Assembly: GCA_044368415.1 (NCBI GenBank)
Contig: JBIPLJ010000008.1
Span: forward strand, 15,338-79,337
Length of the DNA: 64,000 nucleotides
Source of the DNA: Burkholderiaceae bacterium
GTDB taxonomy: Bacteria; Pseudomonadota; Gammaproteobacteria; Burkholderiales; Burkholderiaceae_E
Direction: 5' to 3'
Shown: piece after piece, positions 49,177-58,637 of the stretch
Layout: each line of letters begins with the position of its first letter
How positions within the stretch are numbered: position 1 is the stretch's first letter
Program-made: the position numbers and the translations under genes
The notes under the pieces: model-generated
What the model saw: only the letters and a program-made list of their open reading frames with translations
What the model was told of the DNA's origin: nothing
Database searches by the model: none

Positions 49177-50406
49177 ATGCGCATCGTCTACTTCGTGTCG
49201 CTGTTTCCCTGCTGGTCGGAGACCTTCATCGTCCGGGAGATCCGCCAGTTGATCGATGCGGGGGTGGACGTGCGCATCGTGTCGCTCAAACACCCAACCG
49301 AGGCGCTCGTACAGCCGGACGCCAAGACGCTGCTCGAGCGCGTCGAGTACCCGACCCGGGGCGCCGCGGCGCTCATCGACGTGCTGGGCGAACTCGTGCG
49401 CGGCGGACCGCGCCGGATGCTCGACGTGTTGCGCACGGTCTGGGCGCTGCGCCACGACCCGCAGGCGGCGCTCAAGACCGCCGTGGTCGTCTGGCGCACG
49501 CTCGCGCTCGGCCCGCGGCTGCGCGAGCTCGAGCCGGACCACCTGCACGCACACTGGGCGACCTATCCGTCGACCGCCGCAATGCTGCTCTCGAACATGC
49601 TGGACGTGCCCTTCAGCTTCACCTCACATGCCCACGACATCTTCGTCAACGACCACCTGCTGGGCATCAAGCTCGCCGCAGCGCGCTTCGGCGTGACCAT
49701 CTCCGACTACAACCGCAGCCACCTGAGCCGCTTCACCGCGAACCGGCCGGCGGCCCCGCTGCACGTCATCCGCTGCGGGGTGCTGCTCGACGAGTTCGGC
49801 TTCGCCGAGGCCGGCCGCGACCCGGGGCTGATCGTGTCGGTCGGGCGTCTCGACGAGATCAAGGGGTTCGAACACCTCGTGGACGCCTGCGAGCGGCTGA
49901 TGCGCCGGGGCATCGCGTTTCGCTGCCAGATCGTCGGCGACGGGCCCTTGCGCGGGGCGCTCGGGCGCCGCATCGAGGCGGCCGGCCTGCAGGGCCGGGT
50001 CGAGTTGCTCGGCGTGCTCGATCAGCTCGCGGTGCGTGCGCTGCTGTCACGGGCCGGCCTGTTCGTGCTGCCCTGCGTCGTCGCCCGCAGTGGCGATCGT
50101 GACGGAATCCCGGTCGCCCTGATGGAGTCGATGGCCATGGGCCTGCCAGTCGTCTCGACGCGGGTCTCGGGCGTGCCCGAGCTCGTCGAGGACGGCGTCT
50201 CCGGACTGCTGGTCGAGCCGGCCGACCCCGATGCGCTCGCCACAGCGGTCGCCCGACTGCTGTCGGACGCCCCGCTCGCCCGCCGCCTCGCGCGCGCTGC
50301 GCGAAGCGCCGTGGAGCGCGGGTTCGACGCTCGCAAGGAAGCCGACAAGCTGCTCGCCGCGATCCGTGGCGCACTCGCCGCCGACACCGGCATGGCCGTC
50401 CGTTGA
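49177..50406 (+). CDS. Family 4 (GT-B) glycosyltransferase, WcaL-like
   Basis: MRIVYFVSLFPCWSETFIVREI.., C-terminal ..DGIPVALMESMAMGLPVVSTRVSGVPELVEDGVSGLLVEP (E-x7-E region). Confidence 0.85.
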   Translation: MRIVYFVSLFPCWSETFIVREIRQLIDAGVDVRIVSLKHPTEALVQPDAKTLLERVEYPTRGAAALIDVLGELVRGGPRRMLDVLRTVWALRHDPQAALKTAVVVWRTLALGPRLRELEPDHLHAHWATYPSTAAMLLSNMLDVPFSFTSHAHDIFVNDHLLGIKLAAARFGVTISDYNRSHLSRFTANRPAAPLHVIRCGVLLDEFGFAEAGRDPGLIVSVGRLDEIKGFEHLVDACERLMRRGIAFRCQIVGDGPLRGALGRRIEAAGLQGRVELLGVLDQLAVRALLSRAGLFVLPCVVARSGDRDGIPVALMESMAMGLPVVSTRVSGVPELVEDGVSGLLVEPADPDALATAVARLLSDAPLARRLARAARSAVERGFDARKEADKLLAAIRGALAADTGMAVR

Positions 50407-51551
50407 ACGTGCTGATCGTCACCGACGAGATGGAGCTCGGTGGCTCGCAGCGCCAGATCACCGAGCTCGCCCTCGGGCTGCGCGCCCGGGGCGACACCGT
50501 CTCGGTGCGCTACTTCCGCAACGAGTCGTTCTTGGTCGGGCGGCTGCGCGACGGCGGCGTCGACGTGGCGCGCATGCCCAAGTCCGGCCGCATCGACGCG
50601 GGCTTCGTGATGCGGCTCGCTCGGTGTATCCGCGAGGGCCGCTTCGAGGTCGTGCATGCGTTCTCGTTTACCGCCGAGCTGTGGTCGGCGGTCGCGCTGG
50701 CACTGCTCGAGCGTGCGGCGCGGCCGGCGCTGGTGACGTCGATCCGAGGCACCTACGAGTGGTACACGCCCCTGCAGTGGCGGCTCAAGCGCTGGACGAC
50801 CCGCCGATCGGCGGCCGTGGTCGCCAATGCCACGGCGGCCGCCGCGCATGCGTTCGCCCGGATGAGGCTGCCGCAGGAGCGCCTGGCGATCGTGCGCAAC
50901 GGCATCGAGCGACCGGCCGATCGAGAGGCTGCACGCGCCCGTCACCGGCACGCGCTCGGCATCGCCACCGACAGGCCGCTGGCGCTGTTCGTCGGACGCC
51001 TGGTCGATCACAAGAACCTGCCGATGCTGGTCCGCGCGGCAGGGCGACTCGCGGCCCGCGGCTCGACGCTGCGGTTCGTACTGGTCGGCGACGGGCCACT
51101 GGCCGGCGAAACGCGACGCGCGATCACCGACGCCGGACTCGACGACCGGATGATCCTGGCGGGCGAGCGCAACGATGCGGCCGAGCTGATGTGCGCGGCG
51201 GACATGCTGGTGTTGCCGTCCTGGCGCGAGGGCCTGCCCAACGTCGTGATCGAGGCGATGCAGGCAGGCTGCGCCGTGATCGCGACCCGCGCCGGCGGCA
51301 TCCCCGAGCTGATCCGCGACGGCGAGACCGGACTGCTGGTCGCAATCGATGACGATGCCGCGCTCGCCGCCGCACTGGAGCGGCTCGAGCACGACCCCGG
51401 GCTGCGCGCACGCCTGGCGGCGTCTGCGCAGACGCGTGCGGCGCAGGACTACGGGGTCGAGGCGATGGTGGCGGCGATGCGGGGGGTCTACGCACACGCG
51501 CGGCACGCCCCGGCTCGAGACGCGAGCACCGCCCCGGTGGCCGACCGATGA
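50403..51551 (+). CDS. Family 4 (GT-B) glycosyltransferase
   Basis: VLIVTDEMELGGSQRQ.., ..EGLPNVVIEAMQAGCAVIATRAGGIPELIRDGETGLLV. TTG 50403 (TTGA overlap) or GTG 50409 is the start. Confidence 0.85.
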   Translation: MNVLIVTDEMELGGSQRQITELALGLRARGDTVSVRYFRNESFLVGRLRDGGVDVARMPKSGRIDAGFVMRLARCIREGRFEVVHAFSFTAELWSAVALALLERAARPALVTSIRGTYEWYTPLQWRLKRWTTRRSAAVVANATAAAAHAFARMRLPQERLAIVRNGIERPADREAARARHRHALGIATDRPLALFVGRLVDHKNLPMLVRAAGRLAARGSTLRFVLVGDGPLAGETRRAITDAGLDDRMILAGERNDAAELMCAADMLVLPSWREGLPNVVIEAMQAGCAVIATRAGGIPELIRDGETGLLVAIDDDAALAAALERLEHDPGLRARLAASAQTRAAQDYGVEAMVAAMRGVYAHARHAPARDASTAPVADR

Positions 51552-53377
51552 GCGCCCCCCATCTCCAGGCCGCCGACTTCCTCGTCGTGCTGCATGCGGG
51601 CCGCTGGACGCCGCCCGCAGCGGCGCTCGATGCAGACCAGTGGCCCTCGCGTCGCGCCGGCGGCACGATCGAAGTCGCGCGCCCGGCGGACGGCGTCACA
51701 GTCCTGTGGCGCGGCACGCCCACAGTCGCCCCGACAGCCCGCGGCGCAATCGCCCTCTTCCGCGAGCCGCCCGGCGCCCCGCCCGCGCCGGACGCTGCCG
51801 CGGTGGCCGCCGCCGGAGCCGAGTGGCGGCCCGACGCGCTGCGCGGCGGCTTCTGCGCGGTGGCATGGGACGCGCGCGACGCGCGGCTCTCGGCCTGGGT
51901 CGACCCGTTCCGGTCGCGCTCCCTGTGCCACGCCGCGCCCGCAGGCGCGCTCGGGCTCGCCACCGACCTGAGGCTGCTGCGCCTGGCCGGGCTGGTGTCC
52001 GCCGAGGTCTCGCCGACGGCCCTCTACCACTACCTGAATTTCTCCTACATCCCGGCGCCGGCCTGCGCGTTCCAGGCCGCCCGCAAGCTGTCAGCCGGCC
52101 ACCGTCTCGACGGCCGCCCGGGCGAGGCCCGCACGGCGCGCTGGTGGACGCTGCGCTACACAGAAGACCTCCGTGATACGCCACAGGCGCTCGCCCGCTC
52201 GCTGCGGGAGCGGATTGTCGCGACGGTGCACGACCACCGTCCGGACACCGGATCGGGCTGGGGCACGTTCCTGAGCGGCGGCACCGACAGCTCGAGCATC
52301 AGCGGCATCCTCGCCGGGCAGGACAGCGACCAGCGGGTCGACGCGTTCTCGATCGGGTTCGCCGAAGAGGGTTACGACGAGCTCGAGTACTCGAGTATCG
52401 CACGGGCCCACTACGGCCTGGGCGGCGCCGAGCGCCGCGTGTCCGAGACCGACGCGGTGAGCGCGGTGCCGAGGCTCGTCGAAGCCTTCGACGAGCCGTT
52501 CGGCAACTCGTCGGCGATACCGACCCATGCCTGCGCGGTCATGGCGCGGGACGCTGGCGTCTCGCTGCTGTTGGCCGGCGACGGCGGCGACGAGATCTTC
52601 GGCGGCAACGAGCGCTACCTGAAAGACCGCATCTTCGAGGCCTACTTCCGCGCGCCCGCGCCGGTGCGCGCGCTCGGCGGCCTGGCGGCCGCCACGCTGG
52701 GCCGCCTCGACATGCGCCTGACCAACCGGATACGCAACTTCCACGCGCGCGGCTCGCTGCCCAATCCGGACCGCTTCTACGCGGACGATTCGTTCGCCTC
52801 GGAATGTTTCGAGGCGCTGCTCGACCCGGCGTTTGCCGCCCGCGTGCAGCGCGACGGCTCGCTCGCCCTGCAGCGCGGCGTCTACGACGCGGCCCGCGCG
52901 GACAGCGAGCTGAACCGGCTGATGTGGATCGACCTGATGATGACGATCGCCGACAACGACCTGGTGAAGGTCGCACGCGCCACGCGCGCCGCCGGGGTCG
53001 AGGTCGACTACCCGTTCCTCGATCGCGAGCTGGTCGAGTACACCGCCCGGATCCCGGTGCGCCTGAAGGTGCGGGGGGTGCACAAGCGCTGGTTGTTCAA
53101 GCGCGCGATGGACGACGTACTGCCCGAGGCGATCCGCAACAAGCGTAAGCAGGGCTTCGGACTACCGGTCAGCGTGTGGATCCGCCGCGAGGGTCCGTTC
53201 CGCGAGATGCTTCGCGACGTCCTGCATTCGCGCGCCGCCCGCGAACGCGCGATCATCCGCCCCGCACACGTCGACGCGCTGCTGGAGCGCCACACCCGCG
53301 GCGCCTGGGACCACGCCGCCGAGCTGTACATGCTGCTGATGCTCGAGCTCTGGCACCGGAGGCACGTCGATGTGTGA
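51548..53377 (+). CDS. Asparagine-synthetase-family protein lacking the N-terminal Cys nucleophile
   Basis: PP-loop synthetase domain is intact (GTFLSGGTDSSSISG.., FDEPFGNSSAIP..). The N-terminus is MSAPHLQAADF.. with no Met-Cys-Gly, and only part of the glutaminase fold is recognisable (LRGGFCAVAWDARDARLSAWVDPF). ATGA overlap with the upstream gene. Confidence 0.8.
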   Translation: MSAPHLQAADFLVVLHAGRWTPPAAALDADQWPSRRAGGTIEVARPADGVTVLWRGTPTVAPTARGAIALFREPPGAPPAPDAAAVAAAGAEWRPDALRGGFCAVAWDARDARLSAWVDPFRSRSLCHAAPAGALGLATDLRLLRLAGLVSAEVSPTALYHYLNFSYIPAPACAFQAARKLSAGHRLDGRPGEARTARWWTLRYTEDLRDTPQALARSLRERIVATVHDHRPDTGSGWGTFLSGGTDSSSISGILAGQDSDQRVDAFSIGFAEEGYDELEYSSIARAHYGLGGAERRVSETDAVSAVPRLVEAFDEPFGNSSAIPTHACAVMARDAGVSLLLAGDGGDEIFGGNERYLKDRIFEAYFRAPAPVRALGGLAAATLGRLDMRLTNRIRNFHARGSLPNPDRFYADDSFASECFEALLDPAFAARVQRDGSLALQRGVYDAARADSELNRLMWIDLMMTIADNDLVKVARATRAAGVEVDYPFLDRELVEYTARIPVRLKVRGVHKRWLFKRAMDDVLPEAIRNKRKQGFGLPVSVWIRREGPFREMLRDVLHSRAARERAIIRPAHVDALLERHTRGAWDHAAELYMLLMLELWHRRHVDV

Positions 53378-53392
53378 TGACCGGAGGCCGCC

Positions 53393-55321
53393 ATGTGCGG
53401 AATAGCAGGACTGGTCTCGACTGCCGGCGCGCCTCTGCCCGCCGGTCCCGTGGTCGAGCGGATGTGCGCGCTGATGCGCCACCGAGGCCCAGACGCGCTG
53501 GGCGTGCACCGGGCGCCGTTCGCACACGTCGGGATGCGCCGGCTGGCGATCATCGACCTCGGCGGCGGCCAGCAGCCGATGGCCAACGAGGACGGTACGG
53601 TTCGGGTGGTCTTCAACGGCATGATCTACAACTACGTCGAGCTGCGTACCGAGCTCAAGGCGCTCGGCCATGTCTTTCGCACGGACAGCGACACCGAGTG
53701 CATCGTGCATGCGTACGAAGCCTGGGGCGACGACGCATTCACCCGGCTGCGCGGCATGTTCGCGATCGCCGTGGTCGACGACCGCACGCGTCGGGTGGTG
53801 CTGGCACGCGACCGGCTCGGCAAGAAGCCGCTCTACTGGACACGCCTGGGCGACCGGAGCATCGCGTTTGCCTCGGAGCTCAAATGCCTGTTCGCGGTGC
53901 CGGGCTTCCAACGCCGGCTCGACGACGACGCGGTGCGCACGTACGCCGCGCTCGGCTACGTGCCGGCGCCCGCGTCGATCCTCGCCGGCACCCGCAAGCT
54001 GCGCCCCGGCCACCTGCTGGTCATCGAGGGCGAGCACACCGCGGAGCGGCCCTATTGGTCCCTCGAGTGGGCGGTGGAGCGAGGCGTCGACGACCGTGAG
54101 TGGGTCGAGCGCCTGCACGCCGGGCTCGACGAGGCCGTGCGAATCCGCCTGCGCAGCGACGTGCCCTTCGGCGCGTTCCTCAGCGGCGGACTGGACTCGA
54201 GCGTGGTCGCGGCGCTGATGGCCCGCCACATGCAGCGGCCGGTCGAGACCTTCACCATCGGCTTTCGCGAGGCCGCGTTCAGCGAGCTGCCTGCTGCGCG
54301 CGCGGTCGCCGCGCATATCGGCGCGCGGCACCATGAGCTGGTCGTCGAGCCGGACGCCGCCGCGCTCGTGCCGAAGCTCGCCTGGCACCTGGACGAGCCG
54401 TTCGCGGACTCGTCGTCGATTCCCACGTTTCTCGTGTCCGAGCTCGCCGGCCGGCACGTGAAGATGGTGCTGTCCGGCGACGGCGGCGACGAGCTGTTCG
54501 GTGGCTACGAGCGCTACCGGCGCTTCGCGGCGCTGCGCGGCATGACCCGCGCGACGCTCGGCCTGGGGCCGCCGATCGTGGCCGCGGCCGCGCGCCTGGT
54601 GCCGGGCTTCGCGGGCTGGCGGCTGCGCCGCATCGCCGCTCGGGCGGCGCTGCCCTGGCCCCGCGACTACCTGTCGATGGTCGCACTCGCCTCGGCGGAC
54701 GACCTGGCGATGCTGCTGCACCCGGCCCGCCGCGCGGGCGACCCGTTCGCCACGATGATCGACCGGTTCCCCTCGCCGGGCGGTGGGCTCGCCCTGCTCG
54801 ACTGCATGGCGGCTGGCGACATCGCGTCCTACCTGCCCGACGACGTGCTGGTCAAGGTGGACCGGATGACGATGGCCGCGTCGATCGAGGCGCGGGCGCC
54901 GATCCTCGATCACTGCGTCGCCGAGCTCGCCGCGCGCATGCCCTCGCGGGTCAAGCTGCGAGACGGCCGCGGCAAATGGGTGCTGCGTGAGGTCGCCCGC
55001 GGGCTGCTGCCGGCATCGATCCTCGACAGGCCCAAGCAAGGTTTCGCGATTCCGCTGTCGGATTGGCTGCGCGGGCCGCTGCGCGAGATGGTCGGCGACC
55101 TGCTGGGCGATGTGCGCTTCCGGGAGCGCGGCGTGTTCGACGCGGGGCATGCCACCCGCATGCTGGACGCACACCTGGCCGGGCATGCCGACCACGGCGA
55201 GCACCTGTGGTCCATGCTCGCGTTCGAGTCGTGGGCGCGGGCACTGCTCGACGCGCCGCCCGACGACGACGACACCGCACCCGGTGCATCCCGGCCGGCC
55301 ATGGCCGCGTCACGGGGCTGA
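53393..55321 (+). CDS. Asparagine synthase (glutamine-hydrolysing) family amidotransferase, exosortase-A-system-associated type
   Basis: MCGIAGLV.. Ntn nucleophile, RGPD, RLAIIDL.GGQQPM, TDSDTECI. Synthetase PP-loop GAFLSGGLDSS. GGAGG lies 6 nt upstream of the ATG; 642 aa. Confidence 0.9.
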   Translation: MCGIAGLVSTAGAPLPAGPVVERMCALMRHRGPDALGVHRAPFAHVGMRRLAIIDLGGGQQPMANEDGTVRVVFNGMIYNYVELRTELKALGHVFRTDSDTECIVHAYEAWGDDAFTRLRGMFAIAVVDDRTRRVVLARDRLGKKPLYWTRLGDRSIAFASELKCLFAVPGFQRRLDDDAVRTYAALGYVPAPASILAGTRKLRPGHLLVIEGEHTAERPYWSLEWAVERGVDDREWVERLHAGLDEAVRIRLRSDVPFGAFLSGGLDSSVVAALMARHMQRPVETFTIGFREAAFSELPAARAVAAHIGARHHELVVEPDAAALVPKLAWHLDEPFADSSSIPTFLVSELAGRHVKMVLSGDGGDELFGGYERYRRFAALRGMTRATLGLGPPIVAAAARLVPGFAGWRLRRIAARAALPWPRDYLSMVALASADDLAMLLHPARRAGDPFATMIDRFPSPGGGLALLDCMAAGDIASYLPDDVLVKVDRMTMAASIEARAPILDHCVAELAARMPSRVKLRDGRGKWVLREVARGLLPASILDRPKQGFAIPLSDWLRGPLREMVGDLLGDVRFRERGVFDAGHATRMLDAHLAGHADHGEHLWSMLAFESWARALLDAPPDDDDTAPGASRPAMAASRG

Positions 55322-55324
55322 GTC

Positions 55325-56413
55325 ATGGGTCTGAGCGCCTCGTTCAAGGGGATCGTCAAGCGCATCGGCTCGCCGCTGCTCGAGGCGATGGGGCTGCCGG
55401 ACCGGGAGATCGGCCGGCGCGCCTACGCCGAGGACTGCTGGACGATCCTGATGTACCACCGCGTGATCGACGACCCGCACGCCGACCCGTTCTCACTCGG
55501 CATGTGCGTGCGACGCCGCCATTTCGCCGAGCAACTCGACGTCCTCGCGTTGCACTTCCACATCGAGCCGGTCGGCGACGTGATCGCCCGACTGCGCCGT
55601 GGCGAGCGTGTGGCGCCGCGTACGCTGTCGATCACCTTCGACGACGGCTATCTCGACAACGCCGAGATCGCCGTGCCGATGCTTCGCGCGCGCGGCATCC
55701 CGGCAAGCTTCTACGTCGCCACCGGCGGGCTCGACACCCCCGAGGCCCTGTGGTGGGACCGGGTGATCAACGCGGTCGACGCCACCCGCGAGCGCGGAAC
55801 CGTGACCGGCGTCGAGCTCGGCGTGCCGGCCGCCGGCGCCTCGCTGTCGCTCGCTCCGCGCGCGCGCGAATGCACCGCAAACGCGCTGCTCGACGTTCTC
55901 TGGAGCCTGCCTCACGCCGAGGTGCTGGCGGCGCTCTCCAGGATCGAGGCTCGGCTCGAACCGGACCGTGCCGCCGACACCTTTGCACCGCGAATGGACA
56001 GCCGGAGCCTGGTTCGACTCGCCGCCGACGGCTTCGAGGTCGGCGCCCACACGGTCAGCCATCCGAACCTCGTCAAGCTGTCGCCTGCGAACGTGCTCGC
56101 CGAAGCCGACGCGTCGCGGCGCACGCTCCAGCGGATCACGGGCACGGCGGTAGCAGGCTTCGCCTATCCGGCCGGGCACTTCGGGACGCAGACCGCCGAG
56201 CTCATCCGGCAGGCCGGCTTCGCCTATGCGGTGAGCGTCGTATCAGGCGTGAACGGCGCCGAGGACGATCCGTACGCGCTGCGGCGCATCGGCGCGCCCG
56301 ACGCGGCCCGAGCCGAGTTCAAGGTTGCGCTCGCGCGGGCGATGGGCCGGCGGCCGGCGTCGGTCTCGCCGGCGCGCGAGCCAGCGTCCAGCGATTCCGG
56401 GAGGTCCGCGTGA
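55325..56413 (+). CDS. Polysaccharide deacetylase (NodB homology domain), second copy
   Basis: ILMYHRV.., SITFDDGYLDN, VGAHTVSHPNL, FAYPAGH; 362 aa. Confidence 0.8.
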   Translation: MGLSASFKGIVKRIGSPLLEAMGLPDREIGRRAYAEDCWTILMYHRVIDDPHADPFSLGMCVRRRHFAEQLDVLALHFHIEPVGDVIARLRRGERVAPRTLSITFDDGYLDNAEIAVPMLRARGIPASFYVATGGLDTPEALWWDRVINAVDATRERGTVTGVELGVPAAGASLSLAPRARECTANALLDVLWSLPHAEVLAALSRIEARLEPDRAADTFAPRMDSRSLVRLAADGFEVGAHTVSHPNLVKLSPANVLAEADASRRTLQRITGTAVAGFAYPAGHFGTQTAELIRQAGFAYAVSVVSGVNGAEDDPYALRRIGAPDAARAEFKVALARAMGRRPASVSPAREPASSDSGRSA

Positions 56414-57855
56414 CGCTGATCCGGATCTTCATGGTGGCGCTCGTCATCGTGATCCCGAACCAACTGCACCTGCCCGAGGCCCTCGCCAAGGGCGTGAACC
56501 CCTTGAACTTGGTCGCGCTGCTGGCGCTGATCGCGTTGTTCCGGCTGCCTCGCCCGGTCGGCGAGGTCCCGCCCGCGCCGCTGACTGTCCCGATCCTGAT
56601 GCTGTGCACGGGGCTGGTCTGGGCGTTTGTCATCGGCGTGACGCGAGACGCGTCGCAGTGGGTCGGCGACCTCACGGCACTGAAGAATTCGATTTTCTTC
56701 CCGCTGCTTTTCTTTTTCTTCTACCACGCGATCCGGGACAAGACGAGCGCACGGATCGTGTTCGCCGCGCTGATCGGCGTGGCCACGCTCGCCGGCCTGG
56801 AGGCGATCCGGGAAGGCCTCGACTACGGCGCCCTGACCTTCGAGGACACCAAGCGCGCCGCCGGCCCGTTCGGACCCGACTACAAGGCCGCCAACCTCGC
56901 CGCCGTGTTCTTCTGCATGTTCTTCCCGCTGTCCGGTGCGGTCGCGCTCTTCCTGAAGGGACGCCTGCTGCTGCGGGCCATGGCGCTCGGCGGCGCGTTG
57001 GTGCTCGTCTTCGGCACGTTCTTCACGTACTCGCGCCAGGCCTTCTTCATCCTCGCGCTGGTCACCGCGGCGCTTGCGCTGCGACGCAATCCGCTGCTGG
57101 CCGTCGTGACCGCGGTAGCGCTTGCGTCCTACTCGCTGTGGGTACCAGACGTCGTCGTCGAACGGATCGGGATGACCGAGCAGGGCGGCGGCCTCGACTA
57201 CACGGAACAGCGCTTCGATGCGAGCACGGAAAGCCGTTTCACCCTCTGGACCGCAGCGTGGGAGATGTTCCGTGACCATCCCGCCGGGGTTGGCCTCGCG
57301 CACTTCAAGCGCGAGGTAGGGGCCTATGCGCCGAGCTACGCCGGCATGGACGCGCACAACTTCTACATGCTGTTCCTCGCCGAGGGCGGCCTGCCCGGCA
57401 TCGTCCTGCTGGTGGGCGCGCTGCTCGGCGTCATCGCGTTCTCATGGCGGGTCGGCCAGCGCCTGGCGAACGACGAGTCGCGCGTACTCGCGGTGGCCTT
57501 CCAGCTCTCGCTGCTCGCGACGCTGCTGGGCAACGTGTACGGCAGCCGACTGCTCGACGGGCCGGTCAGCGGCAACTTCTGGGTGCTCGCGGCGGTCGTC
57601 GCGCGGTGGTTCACGCTGGAGTCCGCCGAACGCCCGGCCGCCGCGGGACGCGAGCCGCGCGGCGGCGACGGCCGACGGACCGCCTCGACGGCGACCCGGC
57701 TGGACCCGGGCGGACGGGCGTCCGCGGGCAACCCGCTCCCTGGCGAGACGCAAGGCGTCCGCGCCCCGGTGCCACGCGGTCCCGACGGCCGGCGGACAGG
57801 CGGACGAGACGACGGTCCCGCGCCGTGGCGCGCGCGTATCGGGGTGCCGAGATGA
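56410..57855 (+). CDS. O-antigen-ligase/Wzy-like membrane protein with a long Arg/Gly/Pro-rich C-terminal tail
   Basis: About 10 hydrophobic helices. Wzy_C-like loop (YSRQAFFILALV.., ..GVGLAHFK.., MDAHNFYMLFLAEGGLPG). GTG 56410 has GGGAGG 6 nt upstream and a GTGA overlap. The upstream 449 codons of the track ORF are shadow. Confidence 0.75.
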   Translation: MTLIRIFMVALVIVIPNQLHLPEALAKGVNPLNLVALLALIALFRLPRPVGEVPPAPLTVPILMLCTGLVWAFVIGVTRDASQWVGDLTALKNSIFFPLLFFFFYHAIRDKTSARIVFAALIGVATLAGLEAIREGLDYGALTFEDTKRAAGPFGPDYKAANLAAVFFCMFFPLSGAVALFLKGRLLLRAMALGGALVLVFGTFFTYSRQAFFILALVTAALALRRNPLLAVVTAVALASYSLWVPDVVVERIGMTEQGGGLDYTEQRFDASTESRFTLWTAAWEMFRDHPAGVGLAHFKREVGAYAPSYAGMDAHNFYMLFLAEGGLPGIVLLVGALLGVIAFSWRVGQRLANDESRVLAVAFQLSLLATLLGNVYGSRLLDGPVSGNFWVLAAVVARWFTLESAERPAAAGREPRGGDGRRTASTATRLDPGGRASAGNPLPGETQGVRAPVPRGPDGRRTGGRDDGPAPWRARIGVPR

Positions 57856-58637
57856 AGGCCCTGCGCTTCGGGGTCGGTACGCGAGAGCTGGTCGGGATGC
57901 TGCACGAGCCCGCCAGCGACGGCGCGCGTCGGTTCGGCGTGCTGATCTGTCCGCCATTCGGTCAGGAGGGGGTCCGGACCCACAGGATGCTGCGCGTGCT
58001 GGCCGACCGGCTCGTTCGGGACGGCTTCCACGTGCTGCGCTTCGACTACTACGGCACCGGCGAATCGCTAGGCGACGACGAGGACGCCACGCTCGAGGGA
58101 TCCGTCCGGGACGTGCTGCTCGCCGCGGCCGAGCTCGAGCAGCATGCCGCGTGTGTGCGCTCGGTCTGGATCGGGCTGCGGCTCGGCGGCAGCGCCGCGC
58201 TGCTGGCGGCTGCATCGACGGCGCGGCCGCCCGACCGTCTGGTGCTCTGCGATCCGGTGCTCGACGGGACAGCCTATCTGCAGGCGCTCCAGGACGCCCA
58301 CCGCGAGACGCGCCGGACGAGTTACAGCCTGCGTGCCTGGCAGCCGCCCGACGAGGCGGGCGGGACACTCGACGCGATCGGGTTCGCGTTCGGTGCGGCG
58401 ATGCAACGCGAGCTCCACGCGCTGCGCGCCGACCCGGTGGCGCCGCAACCGGTGCGCGAGACCAGCGTCGTGACGACGCCGCCCGCTCCCGGATGCCCGG
58501 TTCCGGCCATTGCGGGCGCGACCGCGATCGCGCTGCATGTGCCGTTCGCCTGGACGTCCGAGGAGGCGATCAACACCGCCTTGGTACCCGCCGATCTGGT
58601 CGCTGCGCTGCAGCGCGAAGCCTGCGCCGTCCGATGA
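57852..58637 (+). CDS. Alpha/beta-fold protein, exosortase-A-associated 'hydrolase 2'-like
   Basis: FGVLICPPFGQEGVRTHR.., LRFDYYGTGES.., elbow region WIGLRLGGSAALLAA. 261 aa; ATGA overlaps on both sides. Confidence 0.65.
   Translation: MKALRFGVGTRELVGMLHEPASDGARRFGVLICPPFGQEGVRTHRMLRVLADRLVRDGFHVLRFDYYGTGESLGDDEDATLEGSVRDVLLAAAELEQHAACVRSVWIGLRLGGSAALLAAASTARPPDRLVLCDPVLDGTAYLQALQDAHRETRRTSYSLRAWQPPDEAGGTLDAIGFAFGAAMQRELHALRADPVAPQPVRETSVVTTPPAPGCPVPAIAGATAIALHVPFAWTSEEAINTALVPADLVAALQREACAVR

Noticed and set aside
53162-55204. 680-aa minus-strand ORF.
   Set aside because: It lies entirely antisense to the canonical asparagine synthase gene (MCGIAG.., SGGLDSS). The composition is low-complexity and Arg-rich, and there is no start context.
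55063-56409. N-terminal 449 codons of the 930-aa track ORF 55063..57855.
   Set aside because: It overlaps the end of the AsnB gene and the whole NodB deacetylase in another frame and is Arg/Ala/Pro-rich. The membrane protein clearly begins at GTG 56410, which has a GGGAGG SD.
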